Positions 31,984 to 45,900 of a stretch of 64,000 nt of DNA are shown here, in pieces (positions within the stretch are counted from its first letter, which is position 1; each line of letters begins with the position of its first letter). A model generated the notes under the pieces. That model was given only the letters and a program-made list of their open reading frames with translations. It searched no databases and was not told where the DNA came from. This DNA is from Paramecium tetraurelia (taxonomy: Eukaryota): the NCBI GenBank assembly GCA_000165425.1, contig CT868671.1:439027-503026 (forward strand), read 5' to 3'. Both the position numbers and the translations under genes were made by a program.

Positions 31984-32886
31984 ATGATCAATAACAACCA
32001 ACTGTTTTATGAATGTTTAAGAGGGCCTAGCTCTTAGAGAAGAAATTCAACACCAAATAAATAAAGGAATAGAATCGTTAGAGCCTCCATGCAGATCGAA
32101 TTAAATTAAACTTAGAATCAAGATAATAGTCTCGCTGATTCAGCCATCAGAAGTATGTCGATACAGAGAAATTCAATTCAAATTAACAAAGGAGATCACA
32201 TTATTAAATCTATCACTTAACCTAAAAAGCAAGGCTTGATGAAAAAAAGTTCTAATTTTTAGACTCGGTATTTGCAGATCAATGATAACTAGAAATAATT
32301 GATTTTGATGGATCACACAAAGGATCAATCAGATATTATTTTAAAGTATCTACCTGAAGCTCAAATATTTCTCAATAAGGCAAACTAATAGATTTTATAA
32401 AATTGGATTCCTACATTACCATAGGATGAACGTAAACAAATAGAAAAGAATAAAAAGTATTTCCCAATCCCAAGAAATATACCGTTCCATGAAATTATAG
32501 ATGGATTGAAAATTTTATATGGGCAAGGCAAAACAAGAAGATTGTGGCCTGGGGAAGAAGCCTTACTAATGGAAACTATTCGATTATATATAGAAAAGAT
32601 CTTATTGAATCCAAACCTACTATTACATAGTGTGGCATTCACTTTATAATAAATAATTAAATTAGCAGGACTTGAAGAGATTTTGAACTACAAATTATGC
32701 ATGTAATAGTTGGAATGTCATTGGAAAATGATGATCACTAGATTCAGGTATAGTGGGTTGGCTGAATTGAATAAGAAATCCTGGCAATATTGGCTGGAAT
32801 AAGCACAATTAAGAGGTCATTTTCTGAATTTACAAAATGATAATTTATTAACATAATACTTATTAAAACATTAATAAATTGACTGA
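31984..32886 (+). CDS. hypothetical protein
   Basis: Long ciliate-code frame from ATG 31984, with a probable intron near 32630-32665. Confidence 0.45.
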
Positions 32887-32920
32887 TTATGATGATTTAT
32901 ATAGATGTATATTGATGATT

Positions 32921-33173
32921 TCACTGAAGATGCACTGTTTCTGCGTAATTTATTAAAAATCTCATGTGGGTGCTTGAAGATCCTGCATGAAACACAGCGC
33001 ATTTTTCTATAATTTTAATCCTCAATTTTACTTAAGCATTCTGATTCTGTGTCATTTATGTCTCTTTTCAATTGCAATGCCCCGCATCTCTTTGAGCAAT
33101 CCTTTGTTGCCCTAACCATAGCATATAATGCTTGAGCACCTACTCCCCAATCTAATTCTTATTCCTCTGACAT
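32921..33173 (-). CDS. small Tim-like (twin CX3C) mitochondrial IMS protein
   Basis: About 75 aa: KDCSKRC..ECL(K)KCAV twin CX3C; one 25-nt intron. Confidence 0.65.
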
Positions 33174-33302
33174 TTAATTAATATTTTAATTAATATAATT
33201 ACTTATTCTCTAATACACAATGTAATTTACTTGAAACTACAACTGTTATAACTTTTTATTACTCCACAACTGCTAAATAAAATAAAAGTTTTTTTTTATT
33301 AA

Positions 33303-35757
33303 ATGAAAGGCTATTGCTTTTAACCAAGCTCAAAAGAAATTTTAGAAAATCTGCAAACTAACTACCAAAGTCCTCATCTTGAATTAGTTTCTACAACCCA
33401 CAGAATAATGGCCATGTCAACATATTAGAGACCAAAGACAATCAAAAGAAACACCACTATTTCCATCTTTACGTAATTTTATATAAATAAAACAGATAAT
33501 AAAACGAAAGTGAATCGACCAGAAAATCTCAGAGGTGGATATTCTTGTTGAAGAAGTATGTCACTCTTGTGAGAATATCAATTAGCTTTATAAATTCCTT
33601 AAAAGAATATTAGAAGAAATAGAAAATAGAAAGACTCGATTCAAAACAATGGAAGAAGGAATCCATATTACCATTTTATCCTGATGATTTTTTCATTAAA
33701 AAATGGAGGATATTCATTGAAATTCTAACATTTTCAAGTGTAATCTTGTATCCAATATACATCAGTTTCGAAGTGAATCATGTAATTGATTTAGTAGTTA
33801 TTGCATTTGATATACTCTTCCTGATAGACATTGTATTGAATTTCCTCACTGGATACATTGATGAATGCAATAATTTAATAATTGATTTTAACTCCATTTT
33901 TAAACATTACTTAAAAACTTGGCTCCTTTTTGATGTTTTGTCTGTATTCCCAGCTATTAATTATGAAAAGGAATGGTTTAAAAAGTTCAAAATGATTAGA
34001 GTTCTTAAGTACTTTTTAAATAACAAAGAAGTCACATATAAAGGACAAGAAAATTACATTTAATTTATCGAGTCTTTGAATCCTGAACAAGAATTTATTT
34101 TAAAAAGCGGAACCAAATACCTTCTAAATGTGATGATAACAACTTGTTTATTGATACATATATTTGGGTGTTGGCAGCATTTCTTCGATTCGGGAGATTA
34201 CATAACAAATATTTACTGGTCATCCCAAACCATTACAACTGTTGGTTATGGTGATATCAAAGCTAACTATGAATTTGCAGTTTTTTGGATGATCGTTGGA
34301 GTGGCATTCTACTCCTTCACTATTGGAGACTTTGCTTTAATGATGTCAAAATCAAAAGTAAATGAAGATCAAGATCTGTTGTTTTTGATAGAACAATTAG
34401 GCCACACGTAAAATTTCCCTGAAAAATTGAAGCATAAATTCTAATTGTTTGTAAAAAACAATCTCTATCATAATTAATTCTGGTTAGTTGAGTATAAGAC
34501 TATGGCCAAAGAACTACCCCATAATTTAAGACTATACCTAACATTAAGCACTATGCTTGATGTGTGTAAATAAATTCCATTGTTTTTATATGATATCAAT
34601 TATACATCTTTATTGTTGTTAAACATAAGATATTTGATTGTTGAAGAAGGATTCGTGTTATATAGAGAAGGTCAGAGTTCTAGTGAAATCTTCTTTTTAT
34701 TATAAGGAGATATTCGGATTATGACAAAAGACAAGACCATTCTATTGAATATTTTGGAAGGAACAATTTTTGGAGAGTTTGAAGCCATCGAAGAGAAATT
34801 AAGAGGAACTTATTGTGTTGCCTAAAAAAAATCTATTTGTTTAGTTATTCCCTATAGAATATTAAGAAGAGTTATGTCACAAAGTTAAATTTTGGATTTC
34901 GAAATCAGACAGCTGCATTTAAGAAGAAGGAGACTAATCATCAACAATTTTATAGAAGAAAGAAGTAAATTTTCAAATCTAAATAAGGAAGAAAAAATGC
35001 TTATAAAAGGTAGGAGGTTCGATTTTATACATAATCCTTTATACAAATGACGAAAGAAGAATATATTCTGAATAAAAAGACAATCCAGATATTAAGTGTC
35101 GAAGAATACAATAAATAATTACTGAATAAGATAATAGGTTAAAAGTTATAAAGACTGTCCTTATTTTTGGTCAAATTCAAAAGATCTGTTTAAAGAGTAA
35201 TTGAAATGAATCATCAATTAGATGAAACTATTCCAGAATAGTGGAGAGAGTTGAGTAATTACCAATTAATAAAGAGAGTCTTCCCTAAGGAGTATTTGTC
35301 ATAGAAATTTTAATAGATTTCCTTATCAAGAAAATCATCATCTGTTCATTCTTCTGGGAGTAAGTTAAGCAAGATGAAATATTCTACTTATAGTTAACAA
35401 TATTTTTTTCAAAAGCTTCCTGAAATTAGATTAAAACACATTGTTTTACAACATATTAGATTAACTAAAAATAAATTCGTGCCATTATAATAAATAGTTA
35501 ACAAATACTCAGAAGATCCTGAATAACTTAATTTAAAGAAAAAGGAAAATGTTGAACGGTCAGTATGGACCAAAAAATTTACAAAGATTTCTCAAACTGT
35601 TATTTTAAGAATTGATCAAATCTAAGATAGTGGTGATAAATGTCATGATATAATGTAATCAATAATAAAAATTGAAAAATTATGGTTAAAGGGATCTATG
35701 TACAAGTTTGAATGGTTTCAAAATCAACATGGAAAACAGAAAGAATTTTTAATATGA
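33303..35757 (+). CDS. cyclic-nucleotide-binding-domain K+ channel (EAG-like)
   Basis: DIVLNFLTGY, HYLKTWLLFDVLSVFP, pore YWSSQTITTVGYGD, CNBD YREGQSSSEIFFLLQG..GTIFGE. Confidence 0.92.
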
Positions 35758-35885
35758 ATATTCACTCTCATAGAATGAGAAATTGTAAACATTTATATTT
35801 GAAAATTAATCAAATATTTAAATTTCTAATAAAAAATGCACTAATATTTCTTTATTTTTTATATATTAATGTACTTTAAAAACAA

Positions 35886-36532
35886 TCATCTTGCACCTTT
35901 TCCTCTTCTTGCAGTGTGACTAACATAGGGTTTTGCATGAGATCCTGGTAAACCAGCAGCTCTGCCAAAATGCTTTAATTCTTCTCTCACTCTTGGTCCT
36001 CTCAATAATATTGTTCCTGTGCCTTTGAAATATTATAGTTTATAATGATACCTGTTGGGTTTTATTGTGCTAATTGATCGAAAGTCAAAGTTTTTCCTCC
36101 AGCTGCAAGAATTCTCTTTCTGGCTGTCTCAGTGAATCTAAGGGCACATACACCTTGATCTTAGGAACAGTGAGAAGACGTACACTAAATGCATGAATTA
36201 CTTTCTTACTCATCTGTAACAGTCCCAACTACAACCAATGTTCTTGTCTTATCTTTAGCAGTATTAATTTATTTCACAAGTCTGCTTACACTAATTGGAT
36301 ATCTGGCAGTTCTGGTTTATTAAAGTCTTCTTAAAACTGTAGCATTGAAATTGGAATCTGTTCTTCTGGCTAAGAATTTATATAACTATGATAAATCCAC
36401 TAATTTTTACCTTGATTAATAATTTCAAATAGAGGTTGGTTGATGTTACTTTTCTTCCAACATTCCTTTATACTCTTGTCTTCTTATATGCGTCTACTCC
36501 CTACCATGATTAATTGTGATATTCATTACCAT
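35886..36532 (-). CDS. RPL18: 60S ribosomal protein L18 (eL18)
   Basis: [73 protein letters not shown]. Confidence 0.97.
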
Positions 36533-36574
36533 TTAAAAATAAAATATATCTTTATTTAATTTATGTTATATGAA

Positions 36575-37543
36575 TCAAATGTGTAATTATTCATCAATTC
36601 ACTTCCATATAGTTAATTAACTTCCCTTCTCTCCATTCCCCTTTCTTATAATTGCCATCCTATTCATAAATTATGCCCTCTCCATGCTATTTGCCATCAA
36701 ACCATTGTCCTTCATATTTTCTCCCATCATTATACAAAAAAACACCAAATCCATTTTTCTTGTCATTTTCATAGTTTCCACAATATTTCTTCCCATCCGG
36801 CCATAAATACTCACCCTATCCGTGCATATTATTATCTAGCCATTCCCCTTTATAAATACAACCATTATTCCATTTATAAATGCCAAACCCATTCATCTTA
36901 TTATTACACCAATCCCCATCATATGAATTTCCATCTGCCCAAATGTATTTCCCTTTTCCGTTCTTCTCCCCATTCACATAAGAACCAATATAATAGCTTC
37001 CATCTGGCCAAAATTCCTTCCCCAAACCTTCGAATTTATCTTCTTTCCAATCTCCCTCATATCTGTGTCCATTAGAATATTGATATATACCATAACCAGA
37101 GCATAAATTATTTACAAACTATCCTTCATCTAATTTTAATATTACTATTTTCACTTACAATAATCCCCATCTATATGCAAGAATCTTCCTTATCCATTCG
37201 CTTTATTATTTTTCCAAAATCCTTCATATTTAGTTCCATCTATACTTCTATGATACTTCATTACCCTTCCATTCCATTACTCCATAACCATCTCTTTTAT
37301 TCCCTACCCACTCTCCTATATATTTGCTTCCATCATCAAATTCAAAAGTAAATCTCTTTTCTCTTTCCTTTCTATTTTTCAACTCTTCTGCTCTTAAGAT
37401 TATTCAAAGTCTTACGTATTATTCAAAGCATATTGGGCTTCACTTTTTGTAAAGTAACGATAAGATACTGGTTCTGTTACTTATCTGCTCTCTAGGGTTA
37501 TTTCATTGTCAACATTACTGCATTCACTGCAATTTTATCCCAT
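36575..37543 (-). CDS. MORN-repeat protein
   Basis: Tandem YxGxWxxxxxxGxG repeats; MGQNCSEC N-terminus. Confidence 0.92.
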
Positions 37544-38803
37544 AAAAAATTATTGAAATTATTATTAATATTCTATGTTTATATTATAAAATTCTAAATA
37601 TTTTTTTACACGAGCGATTTTTTATATTTCTTTTAACTTTGACTTAAGTGTGTATAAATTGTTTTACTAGCAATAGCATTTATAAAATTTATAGTAATAA
37701 TAATCTCTTTAAATTTTAATGTATGACAAAAAAATGAAGTAAAATATTAAACTTGAATTTCTTGAGATTAGTGTATTAAATGTTATTGCCAAATCAAGTC
37801 TAGGCAGAAAATTATATGCCAGAAAAATCTCTATAATATTGGATATTTAAAATTGTTCTTTTTTTCTAAAACTATTGGATTTTATTTTGATATAAATTAT
37901 TAATCAAAATCCACCAAATTTTAACTCCGGCAGACTTGAGCAATAATAAACTGTCACTAAAATTGGTATTTCTCCTTTCCTTATCAAACAGGCAATTAAA
38001 AAAGATGGTTTTACAGACTTAAATAAATTCATTTGAATTCAAGAGATTAATGATCTAGGATGAATTGTTTAGCATCAGATTCAAATAGGATTTTAAATTT
38101 TATGAAAAAAAAAGGTTAGAAAATTAATAGATATAATAATAAAATTAGGTGTATTTATTTTTTAAGAATCATTCTAAGTAATTTGTAATCCTGATTATTT
38201 ATAGATTGATTAATATCATATTTTACATTTATTTTTTATTTAATTTGAGTATTTTCTAGTTTCTGATGATTTAATAATTAAAAGAAAGATGTAAAATTAG
38301 TTTATTGCTTTTATTTTGAAAGATGAGATATATTTAATTAGATTAATTACCTTTTTCTTATCAAAATTGAACTATAATTTTTAGGCTAATAGCTTAGTTG
38401 ATTAATCCTATAATATTTCTATAAGAAAATAATCTGAAAATAATAAGGATTAGAGATAATAGTATTGTAAGAATGCCCAACAAAAATATTACAAAATTCA
38501 CAAGTCTTCCTAAGAACAAAGAAATTTTTTTACTAAAAAATGACCCTTCCAACTCATGGAAAATTTGACTTAACCTTAGGGATTAAGATGACAATAACTT
38601 CATACATCAGCAAACTTAAATTTTTTTCAAACTAGCTAAAATAAATAGATCCCTTTTATCCTCCTAACAATCCAAATTTACTTAAAAACTCCCAAGAGTT
38701 TAGTCTGAGCAGATCATTTTTTTATTATATAAAATTGATGCAAAACGTGGCAATAAAAACTTCTATTGATCTGAATTCAAATTTTTAATAAACTATTAAT
38801 AAA

Positions 38804-39214
38804 TCATGTCAATTTAAGATTCTTTATCAATTCTGCCGAATTATCATTGCAATTATTGATCAAAATATTATATTTTTATTTAGTTATTGGAAGAACATTT
38901 TATAATACGTTAAATATCGTAATTGTTCTAGGAACTACCAAAGCTATCCTTTTTTCATAAATGTGTAAACATTATTAAGAATAGGCCTCGGTTTATCGTA
39001 TAAGCGCAACTCTACTTTTACCTTAATGGAAACAAACTATTAGACATTCATTATTTGTATAAAAATAAACATCTGAATGTTCAAAGAAAATTTTTAATTT
39101 TCTTTTTCTGAGTTCAACGCGTTCAACTTCATAGTTTAAAAAGCATTCTTCCTCATAATCTTTGTACTATTCAAACTTAAAATAATTATTTTGCTAAGAT
39201 GCTCCGCTTCCCAT
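38804..39214 (-). CDS. small hypothetical protein, predicted N-myristoylation
   Basis: MGSGASQQ start, ORF to TGA near 38804. Confidence 0.5.
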
Positions 39215-39399
39215 TTTAGAAAATTAAATAATAAAAGAGATGAATATTGAAATAAAATTTAGGATTTATTTCAAAAATATTCTATTAATGTACTATATAT
39301 TATTTTAATTCATAAAATTCGGTATCATTAATACTATGAGATTTAATCTTTATAATAAAATAACTCAATAGTTATTTTTTCTTTATTTCTTTTTTTTAT

Positions 39400-39948
39400 C
39401 AAAATAATCCAAATTTCTTAAAGCCTTTAGGTTGTTATCTTGCTGTGGTTGAACAATATTAATCTTAAAATATTGATGCTAAAAGCAATTATTCACCGGT
39501 TTAAGTTCTTCATTAAATAGAAACCCCTTTGTTTGATATTAATTAAATTATGATCTATTGGAATTTAAAGGTTTAGGAACTAATTTCCATGGTTACTACT
39601 TTGATTAAATTTAATCATCATATTAAAAATTAAATTGATTAAAATAATTATAACTTTGGCTTTAGTTTAACATCTTTAATAAATAAATAAAAAATAAAAT
39701 ACATATCTAGGGTAAATATTGGGAGAAGTATAAATTGCATTTTAATTGTTTTTTTTCACACGTGGCTTATTTTTCTTATTTTAATAACTTAGATAATTAT
39801 CAAACCCTCTCCATAAATTTGATTCCAATTCACATTCTAAAGTATCTTTTTATCTCCAACTATCGACAACTCTTTGAAGTTTCTCTGTATCTACTTCTGG
39901 TTCAATAACTTTAAAGGTCTCAGTAATTAAGGAGCATCCACATCCCAT
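39400..39948 (-). CDS. small hypothetical protein, predicted dual acylation
   Basis: MGCGCSL start, one intron near 39680-39705; end approximate. Confidence 0.45.
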
Positions 39949-40239
39949 AGTTATAGACTTTCTAATAATAATAATGAATTTTATTTAAGGAAAAAATTTT
40001 AATGTACTAGTTCTTCAGCAAAATAAAAAATATATTCTATTATACAATTGCTTTGAATCTTTGCTTAGATTACTATGTTTATTAAGTTTTTATATTTTTT
40101 AAGGGGAGAGAAATGCAAATACACAAACAAAATTCAAAAAAAATTTGCAACACACAGAGCAATTAAAGAACTTTTAATAATTTATTAATCTTCATATTAT
40201 ATAATCAAAGATAATATCCTAGCTGTTTTATCAATATAA

Positions 40240-40620
40240 AGCTAAAACTACAGCATATATGTTGTATTTTCATGTGAATACTAAAGACATGTAAATTTTA
40301 TGATTAGAAGAATTTATAAATTATAATTGAGGTGGATGATTCTACTGTCAATCTAATTGTTGTTGAGATCCTAGATACTGAATTTATTAAGGGTATAAAT
40401 TTGAGATCATTTCCATTCCAGAAGATGCCGGAATAGTTAATGAATAAGTGAAGTTAATATATGAAATTTTTGAAGAATATCATTAAGTGTATTTAAAGTT
40501 ATGCAAAATAAAAATTAGTTGTTTGGGTTCAGGAACAGCTGTCTATTTAGCGGGAAAAAGAAAATGCAAAGGATTTATATTATTACCTCTTTATATATCT
40601 ATTAGAGACGTGATAAATGA
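40240..40620 (+). pseudogene. alpha/beta hydrolase (ABHD17/Bem46-like) remnant
   Basis: LYFHVNTKD and CLGSGTAVYLAGKRKCKGFILLPLYISIRDV motifs among frameshifts and TGA codons. Confidence 0.55.
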
Positions 40621-41239
40621 TAATAAAAAACATCTTAATCTAACTTTGGTCTCATTCATGTAAAATTAATTTTTATTATTGAAGTATTTCATTTGATTTC
40701 TAAAAATTTGTTAATTAATTTAAAGTCATGAATTATAAACTTATTTTTCAAATAAATAAAAACTAAGAAAAAATTAGAAATTTGGAAAATTCTAAGGTGC
40801 TATAGATAATTATGATGTAGTAATTGAAACCTTAAATATTTATAAAAATTTGGGGACTTTTAAATACTGGAAACTTATTATGAGCAACAGAATGATATCT
40901 TAATAGTTTTTCTTTCTTTAAAAGGATTGAATTAAAATATTAGACTTGGAATATTTCTAAATTGTTCTATAATATCAACCATATTTTAAATTTCAGATAA
41001 ATAATAAATATTTTATAATAAAATAAAAGTAGTTGTCGTTTATATTATAACTAAGTTGAATTGACTTATATAAAATGTAAAATACTCACAGATATTGACT
41101 TATATTTTATAAATAATGAAATCTTAATAATTTTTTATATGTTTTTGATTGGTCTTATGATAAATTTGAATAAAAATGATAGAATTCAAATATAGTTTAT
41201 AAACAAAGAAGATACACTTTGATAAACACAATTAAATTA

Positions 41240-42413
41240 ATGAAGTTTTTACTTTTTGTTTCCTTCGTTGTGACTCTATCCTATGCACAAAAAAGCTTAG
41301 CATTTTGTGATGAGTACATAGAATTTGATATCTCATTTTATGGGAAATTTATTTCTAATGTAAAACTTTCAAACACAACAGATGCTATTCTTGCTGATTA
41401 CAGAATTATGATCATTGATAATGAACTTAATGTATTAAGCTCAATTTCTATTCCTAAAACGAACAACTCTACTTGTAGTTGGATTTTTACTCCCATTTCA
41501 GGATATTTTTTCATTGGTTGTCAAAAGGGTGCAGACTCTCCATACTTAATTGCATACAAAAGCATAAATGAGACTCACTATTCGCAATTTGGGGATATTG
41601 TGTAATTCCCCATTGTTAATTCAACTGTGATAAAAATAACAGGGTCGGATAATACATTATTTACAGTTGAAACTACAAAAGTCACATTATTTACATTAGT
41701 TATGTCAGCAGCAGATTGGAGTATTAAAACTACTTAGAATGTGCTTGATAAAAATTATTTCAGTCGAACATCTGAAATTAATATTACTGATATAACTTTT
41801 TTGCCATATGTTTAAGACAGCATGAAATACCTTAAAATTATGGTTACGGAATTCAATGTTGGTTCTTTTTGGATCGATGCTCTTGTGAAAAATAACATTG
41901 TATCCCCATTTAGAACTGGTAACATTTTCCCCAATCTCTCATGGACTAAGTATTAATCCGTGACGATTCATTCAACTACTTCAAATGTTTCAATGATCTC
42001 AATGACTTACTATACTACATAAAATAGTCCTATGTCCTATAAAGTAGTAGTTAATTCAGTTGCTTCAACAAGTTTAACTACAAATTTTCTTTACACATAA
42101 AGCGGTTGGCAACATTAAATAGCTGTTCTCAAATCTGGAAATGTAGAAGCAATTATGTATAGGAACCCTTTAAAACAGACCATATTATATATCTATATAT
42201 GTAGTAATAGCTCCAGCCACATCCGTAAATTAAGATGAAGAAATTGAAACACAAGTAAACGCCCCCACTTATGACCCTGTAGATAAATTATCATCACCTC
42301 CATAAGATTATTCTATTTTCTATTTTAATTCTGGCTATAGAATAGTGCATAGCATCGAAAATAACAAGTTATAAAGTTGTGACCTTTACAATTATAAATT
42401 AGCAAAGGAATGA
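41240..42413 (+). CDS. secreted hypothetical protein (possible frameshift near 42195)
   Basis: Signal peptide MKFLLFVSFVVTLSYA and a beta-rich body. Confidence 0.55.
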
Positions 42414-42999
42414 TATATATTAATAAAAATATACAGAAACCTATATTATTATATAAGTGAATCTTTTAGTATAGTTGATGGTTCCTATTTACTTCCTTTT
42501 TTTTAGTCTTTCCAGAGAAAAATAAGAGCATACTATTATCATATGTTCTTTATTCTATTGAACTATTTTCTATCTTTAGTTCTTTTGTATTTCTTTGAAT
42601 AATTTATAATTATTAAGTTTGATTGATGCTTCTAAAGGGAATTAAATATGATTTTCTCCCTATTGTATTACAACAATAATTATTATTTAGTTTACTAAAT
42701 TAGTGTTAATAATTTATGTTTTTTATAGAGCTTCCAAATTGAATTCTCTACATTTCACAAATTTAAAATTGGTTTAAGCATTAGTCAAAATGATAAAAAA
42801 ACACAAATTTCCATATAATCCAATCAAAACTTAAGGATAGAAAGAGCACTAATTGAGAGCTTAAATGTGATGATTCAGAGCTTTCTCAACTTTTTTAATT
42901 TAAAAAAAACAGTATGACAAACAAAAATAACTACATAATGATAAGGTTTAGTTTTAGAATAAGATTAATTTGTAGAATATATAATATAATACCCCCCAA

Positions 43000-45900
43000 T
43001 AATTATAAAAAAGAATATAGTGCATGAGGTCGCTTAAGACTAAGGGGTCTCGATGAATGAGTTGGTGTAGAATAAATTGAATTTTTAATCCTAAGGTTTT
43101 GTTTAAGATTTACGATCTATTCTTTATTTAATTTTTTGAAACTTATAAGAGGTACTTTCTTAATTTTTCTAGATTTTATTATAATCTTTATTTTCTTCTA
43201 CTATATTAATTTAGTAGTCCTTGAGATTTATTGGAGCTCTTTTCCAAATTCATATATTAAGACATCAAGAATAAATAGGCCCCCCCAACAAATTTATATT
43301 TTATGATATGAATTAGAGTAATATTATAAGTAAACTGATAAGACAGCATAAGGGGGAGAGCTATTAAGGTGATTTATAGCACTATAGATTGAGAATTATT
43401 GCTTTCAGTTTCATTCTCATATTTGATTGCTGCTAAAGGTATAGAGAATGAGCAGATATATCCAGCTTTTGAGTCTAATCGATTAAGGTTAGATAATGTA
43501 TAAGGTTTCTTTTGAAATGCTAGTTTCTAATAATATAATAAAGTCAACCCAATTAAAGAGGCTTTTAACGTTATGCGAGTTTCGAAATAGGTTAAAAAAA
43601 GGATGATAACTGCCTTTTTACTCAATTTTATTTATTCCCAATAATATCTTGTTGATTAGTATTCATTAAATAGATAACAAATATGAGGTCTCAATTTAGA
43701 TTTATTTAAAAAATTCCTCTTGAAGTACATTAACAAAAATAATAGTAAAGGAATTATGAATCCAAAAATCATTAATCCAGGAAAAACGAGATACAAAATC
43801 CATAGCCGATGACTTTAAGTATAGAATAATCGAGTTAAATCTCCCTAAATATATTATAAATGTGATATTTCCCTCACTGATATCAAAGAGCATAAACTAA
43901 AACCTAATATAATCACATAATACATATTAATAATTCCTGCAAAATTAAAAATATAGAGACAAAGTAAAGTATTTGAGACAATACTAAGCTTAAATTCGTT
44001 CTTTGTAGCTATCGAAAAGAGAAAGTATCCAATAATGATAATACAAAATTGCAATAGGATTAATACTAAGATAACAATTACTTTGAAATAGATTAACTCA
44101 ATCTTTTCAATTTCAGACAAGTAGCAGTCTAAATTATTTGCCAATGAATAGGATGTATTACTTGCTTGGTTTATAAAATCAAACGAAATTTAAAAGTTTA
44201 TATTGAATGTAAGTATTACTGAAAAAATCCACAAATAATTTAAGAACATTTTTACAAATATACTTTAAAGATCTAGTGTATTTATTTTCTATACCTTGAT
44301 TTAATTTAAATAAGATTCTACTAAACCTTTCCCTAATTTTCAGATATAAAAATAGTTCATTAGATTTTTAAATACTTCGTAAAGTTATAACAATTGAAAG
44401 AATGGTCCTAGCATAATATATGAATATACCATAAAATATTAAAAAAGACAGGGAGGATACTATCTTGAATACCAAAACATTTTACACAATCTGTCTTAGA
44501 CTAAATCTTAAAATGCTTTCCAAATCCCCTAACATTATAGATATCACATTCTTCACACAATGCACCAACATGGCCCTCACTGCAACTATCGTCTCCAACT
44601 CTCCATCCACCACCACAATTATCTAAATTTTTAAAACATAAAGCTGAAAAATCTGATAAATAGTTTGGTCTCCAATACCCATTTTTTAATTAAATAGCAT
44701 TTGATGTAATCTCTAAGAATTTTTCTTTATCAAATATGGAACATTTTATTGAATCATAGGTAACTGAATAAAATCTTTAAATTGGTTGGCACTTTTGACA
44801 TCCGAAGTCAACATAAAATTCTCCTAATTGGCATTTGTAACTTTTAGATTGAATATAATAATGTAAATAATTTTACTATTTTCCTGCTTCACAACTTATT
44901 TAGATCTCTAAATATTTATAATCTTGGTTATAAGGATCAAGTTGAAATGTTAATGAAGTTAAATCAAAGCCAGTTTAGTTAATATCAAATGCCAAGATGT
45001 CGCTTTTCAAAAATTTCTTTTCTTTTGTTTCATTAAGCATCACAATATAGCTTAAAACAGCGCAACTTGAATTTAAAGAGTTCAAAATCAATTCATTTAA
45101 ACTATTCTTAAAATTTAAAGCTAATTTACTAATTTACAATATTGTTTAAGATAATCTCGGCAGAATGAGGCTAAACTCTGCTATAGCTTGATTACTTGGA
45201 ATCATAAAATACTTTGTAATTATTTTCTTTTCTTATTCAATAGTAGAATATGGTTTGATATTAAGAATCTTTGTTTAAAATTGTTCAAAATTTAAAATTT
45301 GAGATGGCATTTCAAATGAATTTATAAACAAAGCCAAATGGGTTGGGTATTCTACTATATTATCCCCCTAAATAGATGCTTTATTAAAGATGAGATAATT
45401 TTTAATTGAATTTTCAAGATTTAAATTAATATTCTATTTTAAATAAATTCCTCCTCCTTCTGTTGCCTTGTTTGATATTATAAAGCTATGTTTAACTGAA
45501 AATATATTGCTCTTCATGTCAAAATATATTGCTCCTCCTTCATATTTAGCAGTGTTTAAGATCATCTTGCATGATTTTATGTTGATTGGTAATTACAAGG
45601 ATGAAATTGCTATTCCTCTACTGCCTACATTTTAAATAAAATTTGAATTCTACAAGTGTATTACATGAGAAAGTTCATTTGAAGTTGTGAACTTTAAACA
45701 TCCGTATTCCTGTGCAAAGTTATAATGACAATGAAAATCTTGAATTTTTACAATTTAAAATAAATCTAAATCAAAAGAGATTAAACCATCGCTGCACAAA
45801 GTACAATTATTTTTAAATAAATGTACTTAATTGAAGTAAAGCGAACTTTTATTTGATGAAATTGATATATATATTAGTGATGCTTATTTTTATGCTTATC

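Noticed and set aside
36600..37340. Periodic repeat pattern suggesting an array
   Set aside because: Explained by coding MORN repeats; not a CRISPR array or satellite
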